DNA of 64,000 nucleotides from Magallana gigas (taxonomy: Eukaryota). The number at the start of each line of letters is the position of its first letter. The stretch's first letter is position 1. Below, piece by piece: positions 24,692 through 38,879 of the stretch. Position numbers and translations under genes: made by a program. The notes below the pieces were generated by a model. It saw nothing but the letters and a program-made list of their open reading frames with translations. It was not told where the DNA came from and ran no database searches. Where the stretch lies: contig NC_088859.1 of assembly GCF_963853765.1 (NCBI RefSeq), positions 45,632,001-45,696,000 on the forward strand, in the 5' to 3' direction.

Positions 24692-27600
24692 AACTCAATA
24701 AAATTGATGTATTTAATTAAAACATGTCTTATAATAATATTTTAAAGGAACACTGTTATAACATATCATTGATTCTGTTAACAAATCTATGTGAATTAAA
24801 AAGATACATTACTGTCTGAATGTTTATTTTTGATGCAATAGCTAAATGGCAAGATCTAGGCTAATACAGGGTATTTGCGAGTGGTAAAATGCAAATATAA
24901 GTAATAAACAACGATTATTTAGTGAACATGGCGTTATGAATAGCAACTGCTCTGCTGGCATATTTTCCATGATCTGTAAAAGTTATAATGATAACACTAT
25001 CATTGAAATGATTGGTGAAGAGCATACAGTTGTGTCGTAAGAGCATGTTTAATAACATTACAATAACAAGATCCACAGTTTCCCAATAATAAGACAACTA
25101 TGCAATGAACATCAGGTGTATCATAATTATTGTACAAAATCAGAGGTGCCATATTCATCATAACTCACCTGTCCAAGAAAAGGTATAACTGTAATTTTTA
25201 TCGTCTTTATATTATCAAATGTAATAACAGATTAAAAAAAAAAAAAAAAAAAAAAAAAAATACTACCCAAATGTAATTATTACAGGAGATAATCAAATAT
25301 ATCGTAATTGTCGTACTAAAATTGTTATATTACACGTAATTTTCACACCCGACAATAAAGTAACTGGCAACTGAGAATAAAGTTCATTGTCATTGGCAAA
25401 AACCATCTATATAGTATTATCAGTACTAAAGCAAATCAACTACTAACCAAGATAAAATATTCATCCTCATTATACCAAGGCTATGTTTTCGCTATATCGT
25501 TTTAAAGCAATTTTTGATCGAGATCTACAGTGTCATATTAATTCCGGAAGCGTAGATGTTCGGATAAAGAACGACAATCACGTTTTTCTGTTGTTGATAT
25601 TTTCTGTTTGTTGCTTGGGTTATTTTTCTTCGCATTTAGAAAAAAACATTGGGTCCTTCACTGAGAAAAAATTATCTTGCTCCATAAATTTATTAGTAAA
25701 AATGTCATATAAAAATCCTACCGGATCAAATGTTCCAAATCTGGCACATTGGTAGCATATTACCTCTTAAACAACATTAATACAGTACAGGAAATTGTAT
25801 CTATTAGTCACGGGAAAAAACATTTGGTTCGGTTGGTTGGTACAAAAATGACCTCTATAGACATTCTTTCTATTTTTCCATTGCATTTTTTTCATTTTTA
25901 TATCCTTACTATAGAATGAATCAAATACGCCCATTAAATAATCTCAGGGTTTTTTTTTCTTTTAATTTGTTTTGGTTTGTCTGTTGGGTTCTTTATATGG
26001 TTTTTTTTTTGCCAAATTTAATTGATTTTTAGCAAAGAGTGTAACAAGAAATATTAATCAGCATGTGACCAGATGTTTACTGACTTTATACCTATGTACA
26101 TTACGGTGCCTAAAACAATAACCAATGTATGTTGTTTTTATATTTGATTTAAAGGCAATACTTTGCAAAAGATGACATTCGTGTTTCTTCAAACAACATG
26201 ACATACTATTTTTGCTACTTGTATGGTGAATAATTTTTATATGTACATATCACAGGGTTTGGATAATCTTTGGTTCAAGGGTATTTCTCTGACATCAAAT
26301 TTCTCACTGTCTTTTCAGGTGGTAAAGCTTTGCCAGGGTTTTGGAAGAATCGACAAACCGAAAGGATTACCTGTAAGATTACTCCAGAATCTTGTCTCAA
26401 ACAGTCGTTTTATCTCGTCAGTGTTTGATAAATCCCCTAAGACTCAACTTTCGTGTTTTGCTTTGTTCCTATCTCCGAGAGCGAAAGATAATCTTCAAAA
26501 TCAATTTCAAAGACACTTTCCTAAGACCCGTGTTTATCAATATTTTAGAGATAAAAAGTTTCAAATCAGCTCTTTGCACCTTTTGTGGAAAACATATGAA
26601 CATATCTTGCCAAACACACTACCTAGGACATACGGGTATTGTGAAGGGAGAAGATATTCGAGGATAACTGGCTCCTAAGAACTGTATAAACTATTTTTTT
26701 TAAATCGCTCCTGGTGCTGTCCAAAAGGTCTCTACATTGAAAAGTTTAAGTTCTGCTGCATGTATAATGTTAGATTTTGTTACCTGTAGTAAAAATTGCA
26801 ACCTGTGGAAAAATAAACCAAATCAATGTTTGCTTACTTCACATTGCAGCAATTAATTAACTCTACCTTGTCGAATCTATTCAGGATAATGCTACTTGTA
26901 CCTTGCAAGTTAGATGAAAGTTGTGTTTTTCATTGTTTTCACTGTGTAATGACTTTGATAATCTCAGATGACCTTGTGCTGAAGAGAAATGACCTTGTGT
27001 AATTTGGCTTAAATATTATTTACACTTCACACCATGTGTGTGAAACCTTGGGCGACACAGGGAACTCCATCACTGTCTGGAGAAGGCTTTTCTCTGAACC
27101 TTCACTTTTATCGATATGGTTTGTTTGGATTGCTAAACAAAAGTTGTAAGTTTAGGCACGATGGTGAAAGTTTATATTTTTGCAACCAAATAAAACAATA
27201 AACATGTGAAGAAACTTGTGCCGTTTCCATTTCAAAATGTTTTCTGGTGCAACAAATGTCGACTTCTTTCTCCTTTGGCGCCATTAAGCTCATTCGGTTG
27301 AGCATTTGTTCCGTGAGTTGGGACTCGAGGTTTCGGGTTCGAACGACAGCCTTGAGTATACGGAGCGACTTTGCAGTGGTGGAGGTGTAAGTTGAAATGT
27401 TAAAACTGTTATATTGCAATTTTGAACTTACTGGTTGGGTGTTTAAACAAAAATTACAGTAGTGTATCATAATAATTGTAAATTTTGTTTTTACACTAAC
27501 CCAGTAAATTACATGTACAATATGAAAAAACCCCATTGACTGAGCCTGAAAATAAAAATTACGTCAAAGTACGAGTCAAGAAGTACGACATGGAGAGCAG

Positions 27601-27952
27601 TAGGGATTATTGGGAAGATGTATACGTATAAGTTAATCCTGTCTTGGAGTTAATGTCGATCTATTGTAAATAAACCATCATTTCCTTAGCGAAAACTTGT
27701 GATTAGTCGAAAATATTAATAGTTATACAATTTTTTTTAAGATAAGGCTACCGTTATCTAAATATAATTTTGTAGTGTGGATATTGTTCTTTTGTTTGTA
27801 TTTGTAATATAAAAGACACTGATTTGGAATAAATAATGGGACATTCAGAAGGAATAATGTAAAATATGATCATCACCTTTGGCGATAATTTTAAACTATA
27901 ATTCACCATGTGTTTTCCATAGACACAATAGTCCTTTATCCGTTACTAAAAA

Positions 27953-28901
27953 CTAGACTTTGACCCGTGTGTGCACGGGTTGACATTGCATATCGGACAT
28001 TTAGAAATAGGTACATCGATACACCTTATTATTGACATTTACATAACAAAGCTATAAGCCTACAATAATGCTATTAATTTCACTACACTTTCCTTAGTTT
28101 TAATAACCTAACTGTGTCTCGAGAAAGGCCCATCCCTTACTTATACCCGTAAAGTAGCAGAAAATTGCAGAATAGCTCCGGAACGATTTTGGAGAAAGTT
28201 AATGAATGATGTTGCCTTGTAAATAACATTCAAATACATCACAACAAACCTTTATGAGACTGCAAATCTCTTTCAACTAAAAAATTTAATCCATAGAATG
28301 GAAGAACTCAACACCTTTTCACCAACGTACACGTATATTCTTTGTAAAACTGGGTCTGTAGGACATTATTTATTTTTACGATAAAACATATTCGATCTTC
28401 ACTCTCCTAACAAATATAATGTAACGTTTTTGCATGTAATCAATATTTTTTGTCATCACGAAGATGAAAGTAAGTGCTTAGTTGAAATGTATATTTGTTA
28501 TTTTATACTTTCTCTCGTAAGAAATCATTAATTTATATGAACAGAATATATAGCAAAAGTCCAATGAAAATTTACCCGTATTTGTATTATCATTTCTGAG
28601 TTTATTCAGGGAGAGGTGATATTGTGGAAACAAATATAAACTAAAGATCCCGTTAGCGTGAATGTATTGCGCAAGCGCAAGATTGTAAAATCCAAAAAAT
28701 CCAGGTGATTTCCGGGATTTTTTGAGGAATTTTCGTTGATTATTAATTAGCGAAGCTTAACTGAGAAAAAATAGAAACAAATTGGTAATCTTCAAGTACC
28801 AAAGATGTTTAATATATATAAAACAAAAGACAGTATTCTTCCGATTTCTCGGTATAAAAGACTAAAAATTCGAGTCTATTATTTTAATATAGTAGTATAG
28901 A
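27953..28901 (-). mobile_element. Non-autonomous Helitron, 949 bp, both ends intact
   Basis: Minus-strand 5' end TCTATACTACTATATTAAAATAATAG. 3' end has an ACCCGTG-N4-CACGGGT hairpin (27963-27980) just before CTAG. Inserted between A and T with no TSD, the canonical Helitron signature. Confidence 0.9.
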
Positions 28902-28906
28902 TGAAC

Positions 28907-28960
28907 TTGCTTTAGAGACATTAATTGCTATAGAGACATTCATTGCTATAGAGACATTAA
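28907..28960. repeat. 18-bp tandem repeat x3 (TTGCTWTAGAGACATTMA)
   Basis: Directly visible next to the Helitron 5' end. Confidence 0.9.
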
Positions 28961-31900
28961 TCTAACGTACAGACACCTAGCCTAGATAAGTTAATGATGA
29001 TGAGAGTGAACATGTATAAAAGAGTGTTTAAAATTTGAAATTTTTTTCCTATGCTTACGTTACTTTTGTTGAACGATCAGACATAAAATGTTATATTAAG
29101 GCGAGACATCTATAAATGTGCAATCGAAATATTCATCGTTATGAGAATTCATCATCTATATATTACATGAAATGACATCTTTTGAAAGCTAATATAAAAA
29201 CGTTAACTTCATTTCAATATTTTAACATATTGGTTTGAAAAGATGGAGCAGCGATCCATAAATTTCATTCATATATCGAGTCGTTATCGTTACAGATCTC
29301 TATCCTATGACAAGATATCGTCCCCGGTCACAATAGAGGGTCTCTAGAATCTATCCACCCTTCCAGATATATTGCACGTTCGGACGCCCAACTTCATTTG
29401 TGAAAGTAGATTGTATCTTCATTTTGTTTCGCCGTGCACTTCAAATAACAATGTATTCTTTGGCGGAAACCTAGGGCCGTAGTTATATCCATTCTAATGA
29501 CTCGACAGTCAATCTTTCACATATACAGCACATCGAAAAGAGATGAATTACAACTGCCAATCGAAGATAAATAAGATATTTTAAAGAAATGTTCGTGTTC
29601 TTTTGGGCCCACCCACGGGAAAGCAAAAAGCATTCAGTTTCAAGTTAATTACTATAATTTTTTTATAACACGAAAAATATGCGTTAGGGGCAACAAGCAA
29701 ACAAAGGATGATCGGCCTCTTGCACCGGAAGAGTTGCCTCCCTTCAGCAGGGAACGTCTTCAGATTTCTTTAGTGAACCATTCTTAGCTCCGAGCAACTA
29801 TTTGCGGTTTTGTTGATGTGTCTTCGTAACACGTTATACGATGGAAGGCATGTGATAACTACTAATTTCTCTCATAACTGAGATATACCGGTAGTTCTTT
29901 TCAATAACCGAAAAAAATACTTGAAAAAGAATATAACTATAAAATGAAAGTGAGTGATCATTCTTCAGTGAAGAAGTAGAGGCATGTGTCATTTTCAAGC
30001 ATTCGGTTAGTTTTGGAACAAATGCAGGAATGAAAAGGATATAGCAAAATACAGTTTGCTAGACATGATTCATAAAACAAATGTGCTTTAAAAAGAATTT
30101 GCAATTGTAAGGAATCTTCCCGACCGACTCAGTTCGTTCTTAATATAGTTAATGAATTAATTAATCCACTTTTCTGTTGCAGTATGACTATATGTGAACG
30201 AAATTCGGTCAGAAGTGTTAATGTCTTTTGAAAGTGATACAGAACTAGTTATACAAAGGACATGTTTATCATGCCAACATGCATTCTCCCCAAGACCGAT
30301 TTCTCCCTTCCGTCAATTCATAACTTTTAAAAAAGGAGATTCAAATTGGATGCGAAGTAACACACCGCTAGTTGTAGTCAGAAAGCACTAATGAACTTCA
30401 AAGAGAACCGAATTACTAGCCTGATCCCCTCTTTACATATTTTTCTTCAAGTTAACTGGAAATCTTCTAATAAATCTCGAGCGGAAACTCCCCCACCAGT
30501 CGGTGACCCCTCGGTGCAAAGGAAAGGTCGTCTGGCCACGGGTAACACAGTCGAAGGTCCTGATTTACATGCGGAGGTGCGCACTTTGTATCGCCATGTT
30601 GGTTGTTCGAGGCGCATTGCTTGATGAGCCCGTGCCAAGCTCTACTGCTAGTTAGATCTGAGTGAAATTTTTCTGAGGTTAATCATTTAAAGATTTTTTT
30701 TTCACTTCATTTTTATTTGAGATAGATTTGATTAGATACATGTTTTTAAAAAACTTTCTCTCTTCCATGCTTTCTATTGCCCTTTCACGTTATAACAGTA
30801 AACAGTTCCTCGAATTTATACACGCAATCTTATTCACAATATGTTGTCTTTGAAATAAATAGTCTACGTAAATTAATTTAGGGACGGTATTTCTTGAAAT
30901 ACTTTTTCAATTTTCTACATATGGGAAAATAAAATATCGATATCACTTGAGATTCATCCAGGTATTATAAAAACAAAATCCCCAGTACCGTTTAATTTAT
31001 TCCTTTGTTGTTAATTATCTTACATCCTATCGGAAGTCACGTGTCTGGCAGGTTTTTGACCCCCGTAAGAGGATTAAAATATCTAAAATTTATGTTAAAA
31101 ACAACAGCAAGGTTAAAGAATACTTTCAAAGAAATTTGTTTTCTGTTTCTGCAGTAAAAATAAAATACAAAATTATTCAATGTTATGCCAGTTTACATAA
31201 ATCATAAGTTAAGTTTATTACATGTGTCTGGCAATTTGGTGAGTAATGCTGAAAAATACCGAATCGACGTGATTGTCCTTTGGTTTCAGTTTTTTAAAGG
31301 TTGAGAAAGTTTTTAAAATAAATTAGGATGTCTTTGTCAGTATAACCAATCATTTGAAGTTTTTTTTTCCTGTGCATATGGCAAATATTGACTAAAGTTT
31401 GAGAAACACCAAAACATGCATATCAAAGTAAAAGCAGCTGGATTAACGGGCTCTGACACTTTGTTTTATAATCTTATCTTTATCTACATTTGGAAAACAT
31501 TACGCCTTCAGATGAAGACAATACCGGAACAAGACGGCTCTGTCATCGCGAGGATTCAGCTTCACTTTCTAAAGCCTGGGGCCCACACGCGCGGAGGAAC
31601 TCGACACAAAACAAGATTATTGAAGTCATACCAACCGCCCAGCGGCTCTCTCGTCAGTACAGCAGGGTGTTATTGGGATGGAATTCTTTTGTTGATGGCT
31701 ATTGTATTAAAATGTTGATCATGCTTTTATGACTCGAAATGCAGAGGATATTCGGACATCCATTAATTGCAAATTGCATTATAAGAGTGCATGTAGACGA
31801 AGAATCTGAATCAGATATATCCTTAACGTTACACTTTAGTTGTAAATTGTATACACGATGTAGACAAGTATAGTAATTAGGACATCGAAAGTCGTGTTCT

Positions 31901-34900
31901 CTTCACATTTTTTTCTTCCAGTTATTAAGTCCATTAATCATCTTTGCAATCCAGTAAGTTGGTTTTTGAAGACACGTGTAGGCGATGATTATCACATGCC
32001 AGCCCTTAATCTCGGTGGACAAGTCGAACCCTCCAAACTGTGGCGGGGGTAGTTATCATTCAGTCCCAATCCGCCCTCCCGTAATCTAAGTATTGACGCA
32101 CAATGTAACATGACCGTGATTAAAACATTTCTTACGACACAAGCAGACCCTAAATACATTATTGACTTCTCCCCTAGCTATTCCGTTTCAAATATTCCTT
32201 TCAACTTTGACCAAGACACCACATTAAGACGTTTCTGATATGATTTGGGGGCTGGCTGTGAAAAGCTTAAACTGTATACTTTATTCTGCTTGAAACTATC
32301 TAAAGTCTATTTTTCGGTTTCTGAAATTGATACCCCATTTTCAACATGCCATAATATTCATAATATTTGAAGACCAAACGTATTTCTTTGTAATGAAGAC
32401 ATGAGGCTGAAGAAAGTATTCCAAAGGTGACATTCTGAAGCTTTTCATCTCGTGTGCATATTAAAAACAGGCGAAATGTGTCTTACTCTCTTTAACATAT
32501 TTTTATCCATTACGGATATAGAATTTCTTATTAATAAAGGAAAGGTTATGTTAGAGAAGAATCTCATATCTAACTTTTTTTCTTTACTTTTTATGTATTT
32601 CAAATTTGACTACAAGATAAGTGCAAAAAATGCATGCCCTTAATCTAGTTATTTAGAAAATTGAGTTTTAAGATATTTTTAAAACAATTTTTGAAAGAAT
32701 TCCGGAAATCATTTTTTTTTAAGAATTTTTTTATCAGTATTTTGAGGCTAGTTTCCATCCATTCGTGGAATATGATTCAGTGATTTTATTGTTAATGACA
32801 ATGAATCTATTTCAAATCATCTAGATAGTATCAGTATCAATGTGGTCAAACAAACGTTTACTACAAACAAACCACCCTTACCACAGGAATGTATCTCTAT
32901 AACATCTAGCTCTCTCAAAACATATAAACTACACAATAAACATGCTCAAATAATAATGCACATGCACGAATCTTTCCCAGCGTGCCATTTGATACATTCT
33001 ACTGTATCGCCCGGAATATTTTATCAAGCCATACACCATTTAACTTTTTTTTCGCGCACAATTAGATTAGAGTACATGAAAATACCACCTAATTCCGTCC
33101 CCAAAACAAATGCATTTTTTCGAGAAATGGAAACCGACACTGCATGGCAGTTAAAAAGTTATACCTGCCCCACGTGCAAACTTTAACATTCATAGGATAC
33201 AATTTTGGGTAATGAAAATAATAATTACATAATGTTTAAAGTATATATTGGGTAAATATTGTTTCAATGAAGTCGTAAACGTTAATATTTTGATATTTGC
33301 TTGAACTCTGTAACTTATTTTGTGGCTGAAGTAGAAGTGCCTTGTAATTATCAAATGAAATGGAGAGAATATTACTTTTATACGGGATTCTTGACTTCAC
33401 ACTGTTAGCAGGTGGAATATGTGTGCTCGGCCAATGTAAATACCGGGAGTAGTAATTTAGGATTAATTGTTATCAAAGTATCGTTACGCCCCCTATATCG
33501 TCAATTGAAATAGAATTAATTTTTCGTGTATCGTTTCTGAACTTCGGAAGAACACCCCTTTAATACGGGAAAAAGTATGACAACGGAGCAGGGTCGGCCA
33601 TGAGATAACGCCTAGCTGGAGTCGCAGTCGGATGTTAAACCACGAATGTGATACTTTAATGGGATTTCAAATGCAAATTAAGTTAGTGGCGGATTAATAC
33701 CTTTAATCCACAATAACTCACTGTGCTGTAGAGATAGAAAGAGGAAAGTTTCATGCAGCATTTTACCCGGTCTCTCTTTTCCCTACACACTGGTCTTCTT
33801 TAGCCGCGGGGAAGGTGTAAGCTTATGCATATATAACTTTCGTCCTCACCTAAGATATGGAGTTTTAATTGTGCATAAGTTGCATATCACCGATTTATTT
33901 TCCTGTAAGACACTTGTTCGCTTTGCCCCCTAAGTGCTTGCTAGTGATATAAACGTTGAATATATTGGTCCTCTACTCAGACCACGTGACCTAGGTGTAA
34001 CAATCTAAGCGGGAGGGACAAAGGAGAGGAATATTTCTTATCACCTGCAGAACACAATACTTGTAATTGTGCGGAATTCGAATTATAGAAAAATATAAAT
34101 TGTAAGTTTAAAAAGAAATTCTTGAGGACTATCCAAGCATCGGACATTAGCTATTTCATTAGACAGCGAGGCAGGCTGAACAAGTGTGTGCATCATTTGC
34201 CAAACGTAATTAATGGACATGTATAAGTTTTTATAAATTGAGTTTCAGGTTGGATTTAAAGCTAGAATTAAAATGCTAATTTAGAGAAATCAATACTGTC
34301 ACATGGTGTTTATTTCATTTGTTATAAGACACGGGGCTTGTTGCATGTGATTCTACTTAGTTCATACTGAGCGACTGAAACTGGTGAGAAGAGGGAGCCG
34401 AATTCTGAAACAAGGAAAAACCCTGAAAAAAAGTGTAGCCATGTACAGTGTTTTGCGTCATTATTGCCTGGACTACCCGTGTATTATTTAATAGACCGGA
34501 ATTAACCTCCAGGATTAACCATTTACAGTTGCAACTTGGTAGGTATAATATCTTGCTCCGTAGAATTAGTTACAGTATAAAGAAATGGAGTTTCGGAGTA
34601 AAAAACGCCGTCGGTTTTTATGATGACTAGCTGTGTGCACCCAGCAGCCATCATCAAATTTTATGCAGACAGAATAACATCGATCAGTATCTGCAATAGT
34701 TTGTAAATGCAGCACAATTTGTATGCACGCTGAACAACTTTCCCCCGTTTTTTTTTTTTCAAAACAGATGTACCCCATTGCCTTTTCTTTATTTATAAAC
34801 ACGCCGCCTTCTATATGGAGGCATGGTTATGTTGTGTTGCCAACACCTTTCTTGATAAAATTCACTTGTATTCTGTCATCGCCGAAGATTTAGGAGTGGT

Positions 34901-36130
34901 TATAATAAATCGAGTATCTTCTCGGAGATCTTTATCTCGAACGAAAGTCTGTAGGACAGAGCCCACTTATCTTGTATCGCTGTATTTTTAATGAACTAGA
35001 TCTGCTTTTTTGCCTATTTATTGATCTAACTTTATCATTTCTAGTTACGGACTTGCATTTACATTAAAGAAATTATCAAGGTGTATAAACCCGTAACATT
35101 CATGTATACACAGAAACACCCAGGGAAATGTATAACTACGATCAGACATACTTTTAGAATATTGTGCATTAGCCAGTGTTAATAATAGCAAGATTAACAA
35201 AAAACTGCTGCCCCTATAGAGGTGAAGTGTGGTCTGTCTATGTAATAAATGAAAACATATCTCGGTCCTAATGCTTTTGACGTTTAAGACAAATTGGAAG
35301 CTGGAGGCCACACAACTGTATGACTACTTAAAAGATTTAATTTAAGAAAAATTGCTTGCAAAATGGCAAGGCGTTAAATCACGGTGCGTAAGGTTCATAA
35401 GTGTATTCAATATCGCGTTTTATTTTTGTTATCATTTATTTATTTTCTTGTTTGTGAATATTTTTCTTCTGTTTTATTCGATATTTATTTCAAAGATTAT
35501 TTACTAATATAATTTACGACTTGCGATAACAAAATTTCAAGATTTGATAGTTGCTACAAGAAACTAAGGTACAAGGACAATTGAACTCGACTCCAATTTG
35601 ATTAGAGGGGGAATTCTTTTCTCTGAATTTCAAGCAGTATTTTTCATGAAATGATCCTATAAATATCCTTTATTTCCCCGATATGTGTTTAATTGGATAG
35701 TTTTCACTTGATGTGATTTTGAACACCTTAATGTCACGGGCCGTCTTGTGAGTACCCGAGGTAAACAACCGATTAATTCAACTTTTCCCACATTCTTTTT
35801 AACAAAGGGACCGAAAACACTGGGCAGCGGTCGGGTTTGATTCGTGACATAACTTAAAAAGTCGGGGGTCCTACATGTACTCCCCGGTAATTTGCACACC
35901 TGTGCGTGTCCGAATTTGCGTGTCATCGAACCCCGATCCCGATTATTTGATATTGGCGTTCATCCCAAAAGAATCCTCGGTTGAAACATAGTCCAGAAGT
36001 TTCGGTCCCTCGTGAAAACATCATCGAACCACAGAAAAACCACATACATTTGAGAACTGAGATATCTCCATTTTTCGAGTCAGTTTAAGAAATCCGGGGG
36101 AACACCAGGTCCAAAATGAAAACCACCTAG

Positions 36131-36291
36131 TTAGTCGTGCGTGCACTTCACTGTATCATTTCTCAACATTCGTGAGCAAGATCTCTCGTTATTTGGATGT
36201 TCAAGAAAAGAAAAGAAATCTGACTTAATGTAATTGTGAAACGTCGGCGCACAGGCAGGTTACCTTGTTTTTAAATTCGCACAATTTCTAG
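36131..36291 (+). promoter_or_regulatory. Possible non-coding first exon / TSS region of the FREM1-like gene
   Basis: A strong acceptor (ttttctctttttacag|) at 38507 lies upstream of the ATG, which implies an upstream 5' UTR exon. A TTAGTC initiator-like motif near 36131 and a donor ctag|GTAACT at 36292 form a candidate. Inference only. Confidence 0.3.
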
Positions 36292-38660
36292 GTAACTTAG
36301 AGATATTATGTACCATACGGGTGTGAAAGTGTTTTAACCCAGCATTGCAAGTTAATTAATTGACAGCCATGCTTGAACCTTGGTCTTTTGAAAACACATT
36401 GTCATCCAAAGAATGTCCCCCGATCACTGACCTTGTCTCGAGTTAAGTGATGTCAACAGAGATTAATATCAGATTATTTACAGCAAACACTTTGGCTATT
36501 GAAAAAGATAAATATTTTTAACTTGCACTTCTTATTGTTTTTGAGTCTCGTCCATTTCAGGGCGCACTTGGAAGGTAAGCACTTTAAGCAGTATATCTAA
36601 ATATTTTATGAAGTATATATATCCATTTATGTAAAAATGTCGGAAGCAATTAATTTTTACCCCAGTTATGAGCTTTATGACATTTTTATAACCGTTGACA
36701 CGCGACCTTTCAAATATGGCGCCAAATAATGTAATAAAATAATAAGTTGGGATTTTGACAGAAAAACACTGTCCGTTTTTCCGAATACAAGCGCAATACT
36801 GGATGGGTTTAGACAAATTCACTGTGATCTGTTGCGTTAAAACTTCAAATAAATCTTCAAAATTACAGTCGATCAGTGGATCACAATGACCTTGCTCTGA
36901 GTGGACAGAGTTTAATCCACGACACAAAACCAAAAATTTTGTTAGGCATCAGACACGGGAGTAAATGTTGCTCTTCAAAGGTTGGTATATTAAGGAGAGA
37001 AAGCTGAGATTTAGTACACCTAAAACCGATTTTGTTATCAAAGGCGGTGAATAAAGCCCGATATTTTAACACTGACACTGCCACTGCGGAGAAGTCGAGT
37101 CGACACTTGGAATAGCAAAAATTTACGGCACCTTCCACCCCGTTTTCGCTTTTTATCTCAGCATAAAATGAGTTCAACGATTTTAGAGAATTTCAATTTG
37201 CCGTCTTCAAGGTTCTATTTTTTCTGTTTTAGAATTATATTTAGTTTGCTTTTATATTTGGAATTGACTTTATGTGTGTGACTTGTATCATATTAAATTT
37301 ATTTATTTAGATATTATCAAACCAATTTTTCTTTAAAAATTATATCAAGAATGCATAATTTTTTCTAAAACATTCAAATTCAATTTTGATCAAATGTTGT
37401 ATTTTTTTTTAAAATCAAAAGCAGAGTTCTGTTGTTTCCCCTGCCCCTGTGACCCAGATTCCGATGGCTGTCCACAGATCCCGGTCAGGGCTGAGCCCCG
37501 TCACCTCTGGGTGTCAGATTTTACGCCACGGCGGATTAATCCCTAAATCTCCAATCTCCGCTAATTACGCCCGATATTCATCCGCGCGCTTCTGGTTCCT
37601 AAGTACCTATCAATGCGCTCAGATATTTCGTTTACGAATGTATGTGTCATCAACTTGTGTTTTGTTCGGTTTTATTGACAATTTTCCTTATATTACATGA
37701 TCTTCGTAAGATGCATAAGCCGAGGGATTTTATGTAAACTTCCTAGACATTGTATGGACTTTAGAAGCGAAAAATTTAATTTAATTATTATTTTCTTCGT
37801 TGCACAAAAGTACACAAACGATATCTTTGACCTTATCGATTTACGTTGATTTAGTAGGAATAAAATACCTAAACTTAGTGAATAAGTACATGTATATCTT
37901 GTTCATCATTTCGTTCAATTTATCTGATATACCGTAAAGTTTAACACTTGATATTAAAGTTCTAAGGAATTCTTAAGTTTTTATTGCATGGATTTTCAAT
38001 AGAAGCAATGCGCATAAGTGATTGATTCGATCGCAAGTAATTATATTTACAAACGTTCAAAGAGGTTTTTTTTCTTTTGACTGTATTTTCTTAACTTTTA
38101 CACGAAAATCAGTAAATAGCCCTTGGCCGTGTCTCGATAGGGGTGTTTCATTTAAATGAAGTTTTTTCACTTGGTTGGTTGTGTTTTCCTTCGTTCACAC
38201 TTTTTTCTGGTGTCAATGTTTACTGAAAGTCCGGGTATAGTCTTCCTGTTAAACCTTAGGCAAACCATTGTTTATCCTAACACCAATATTTGTAATGCAA
38301 TACCAACAGTAAGGTGTTCCGGGGAAACAGCCAAAAGTCTCAAACTTATTCAACGCATTTACACGCTTTAACCGTGAAACTGCCTCTTTTCCTTAATTCT
38401 GGATTAAACCTCAGACCAATTAGACGGCCAAATTGTAAACACAGTCGTTGACCAATTCAGCTTGGGGTGACTTTTGGATTTCTTAATCCCCTTTTCTCTT
38501 TTTACAGGCTTGCTTGGGATTTTTTCTAATTTCCAAAAGTGAGAATTTTGAGGGCAGAATGAGAGGGTTTACAACAGACATAGAGTGACGATGCTATGTG
38601 TCGGACATCATTCTTCATATAAAAGATTCAGCGAAACGGGGGTATTCTAGACGACACAAG

Positions 38661-38879
38661 ATGGACTTCGAGGTGTGGATTTTACTACTGTGTTTGATTG
38701 TGACATCAGCCGGTCAGATTCTCGTGAGTAAAAAAGAGATTTCAGTGGACATCGGTAGGAGCGTTTTTCTCCGGAAAGATGACCTGGTGTTCGTGGACAC
38801 TACAAAGAAAAGTGAATGCCGGGTGGAGGTGGTACAAAATGATCCCATCACCCAGAGGGTTGGTCGGCTAGAGCCTACG
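38661..38879 (+). CDS. FREM1: FREM1-like protein, coding exon 1 (signal peptide and start of NV domain)
   Basis: ATG at 38661 in cacaagATGG context. MDFEVWILLLCLIVTSAG is signal-peptide-like. FLRKDDL..CRVEVVQNDPITQRVGRLEP closely matches the vertebrate FREM1 N-terminus as recalled ([27 protein letters not shown]). Phase-0 donor GTACGT at 38880. Confidence 0.93.

Noticed and set aside
29470-29500. Minus-frame peptide GYNYGPRF resembling a PKS dehydratase motif
   Set aside because: It is flanked by stops with no other domain residues; a chance match.
31416-31732. Two overlapping ORFs in a GC-richer patch
   Set aside because: No splice signals or family motifs that I could support.
31000-38500. 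Apparent enrichment of GGATTA/TAATCC homeodomain sites upstream of FREM1
   Set aside because: About 9 seen versus about 5 expected from composition; not convincing.
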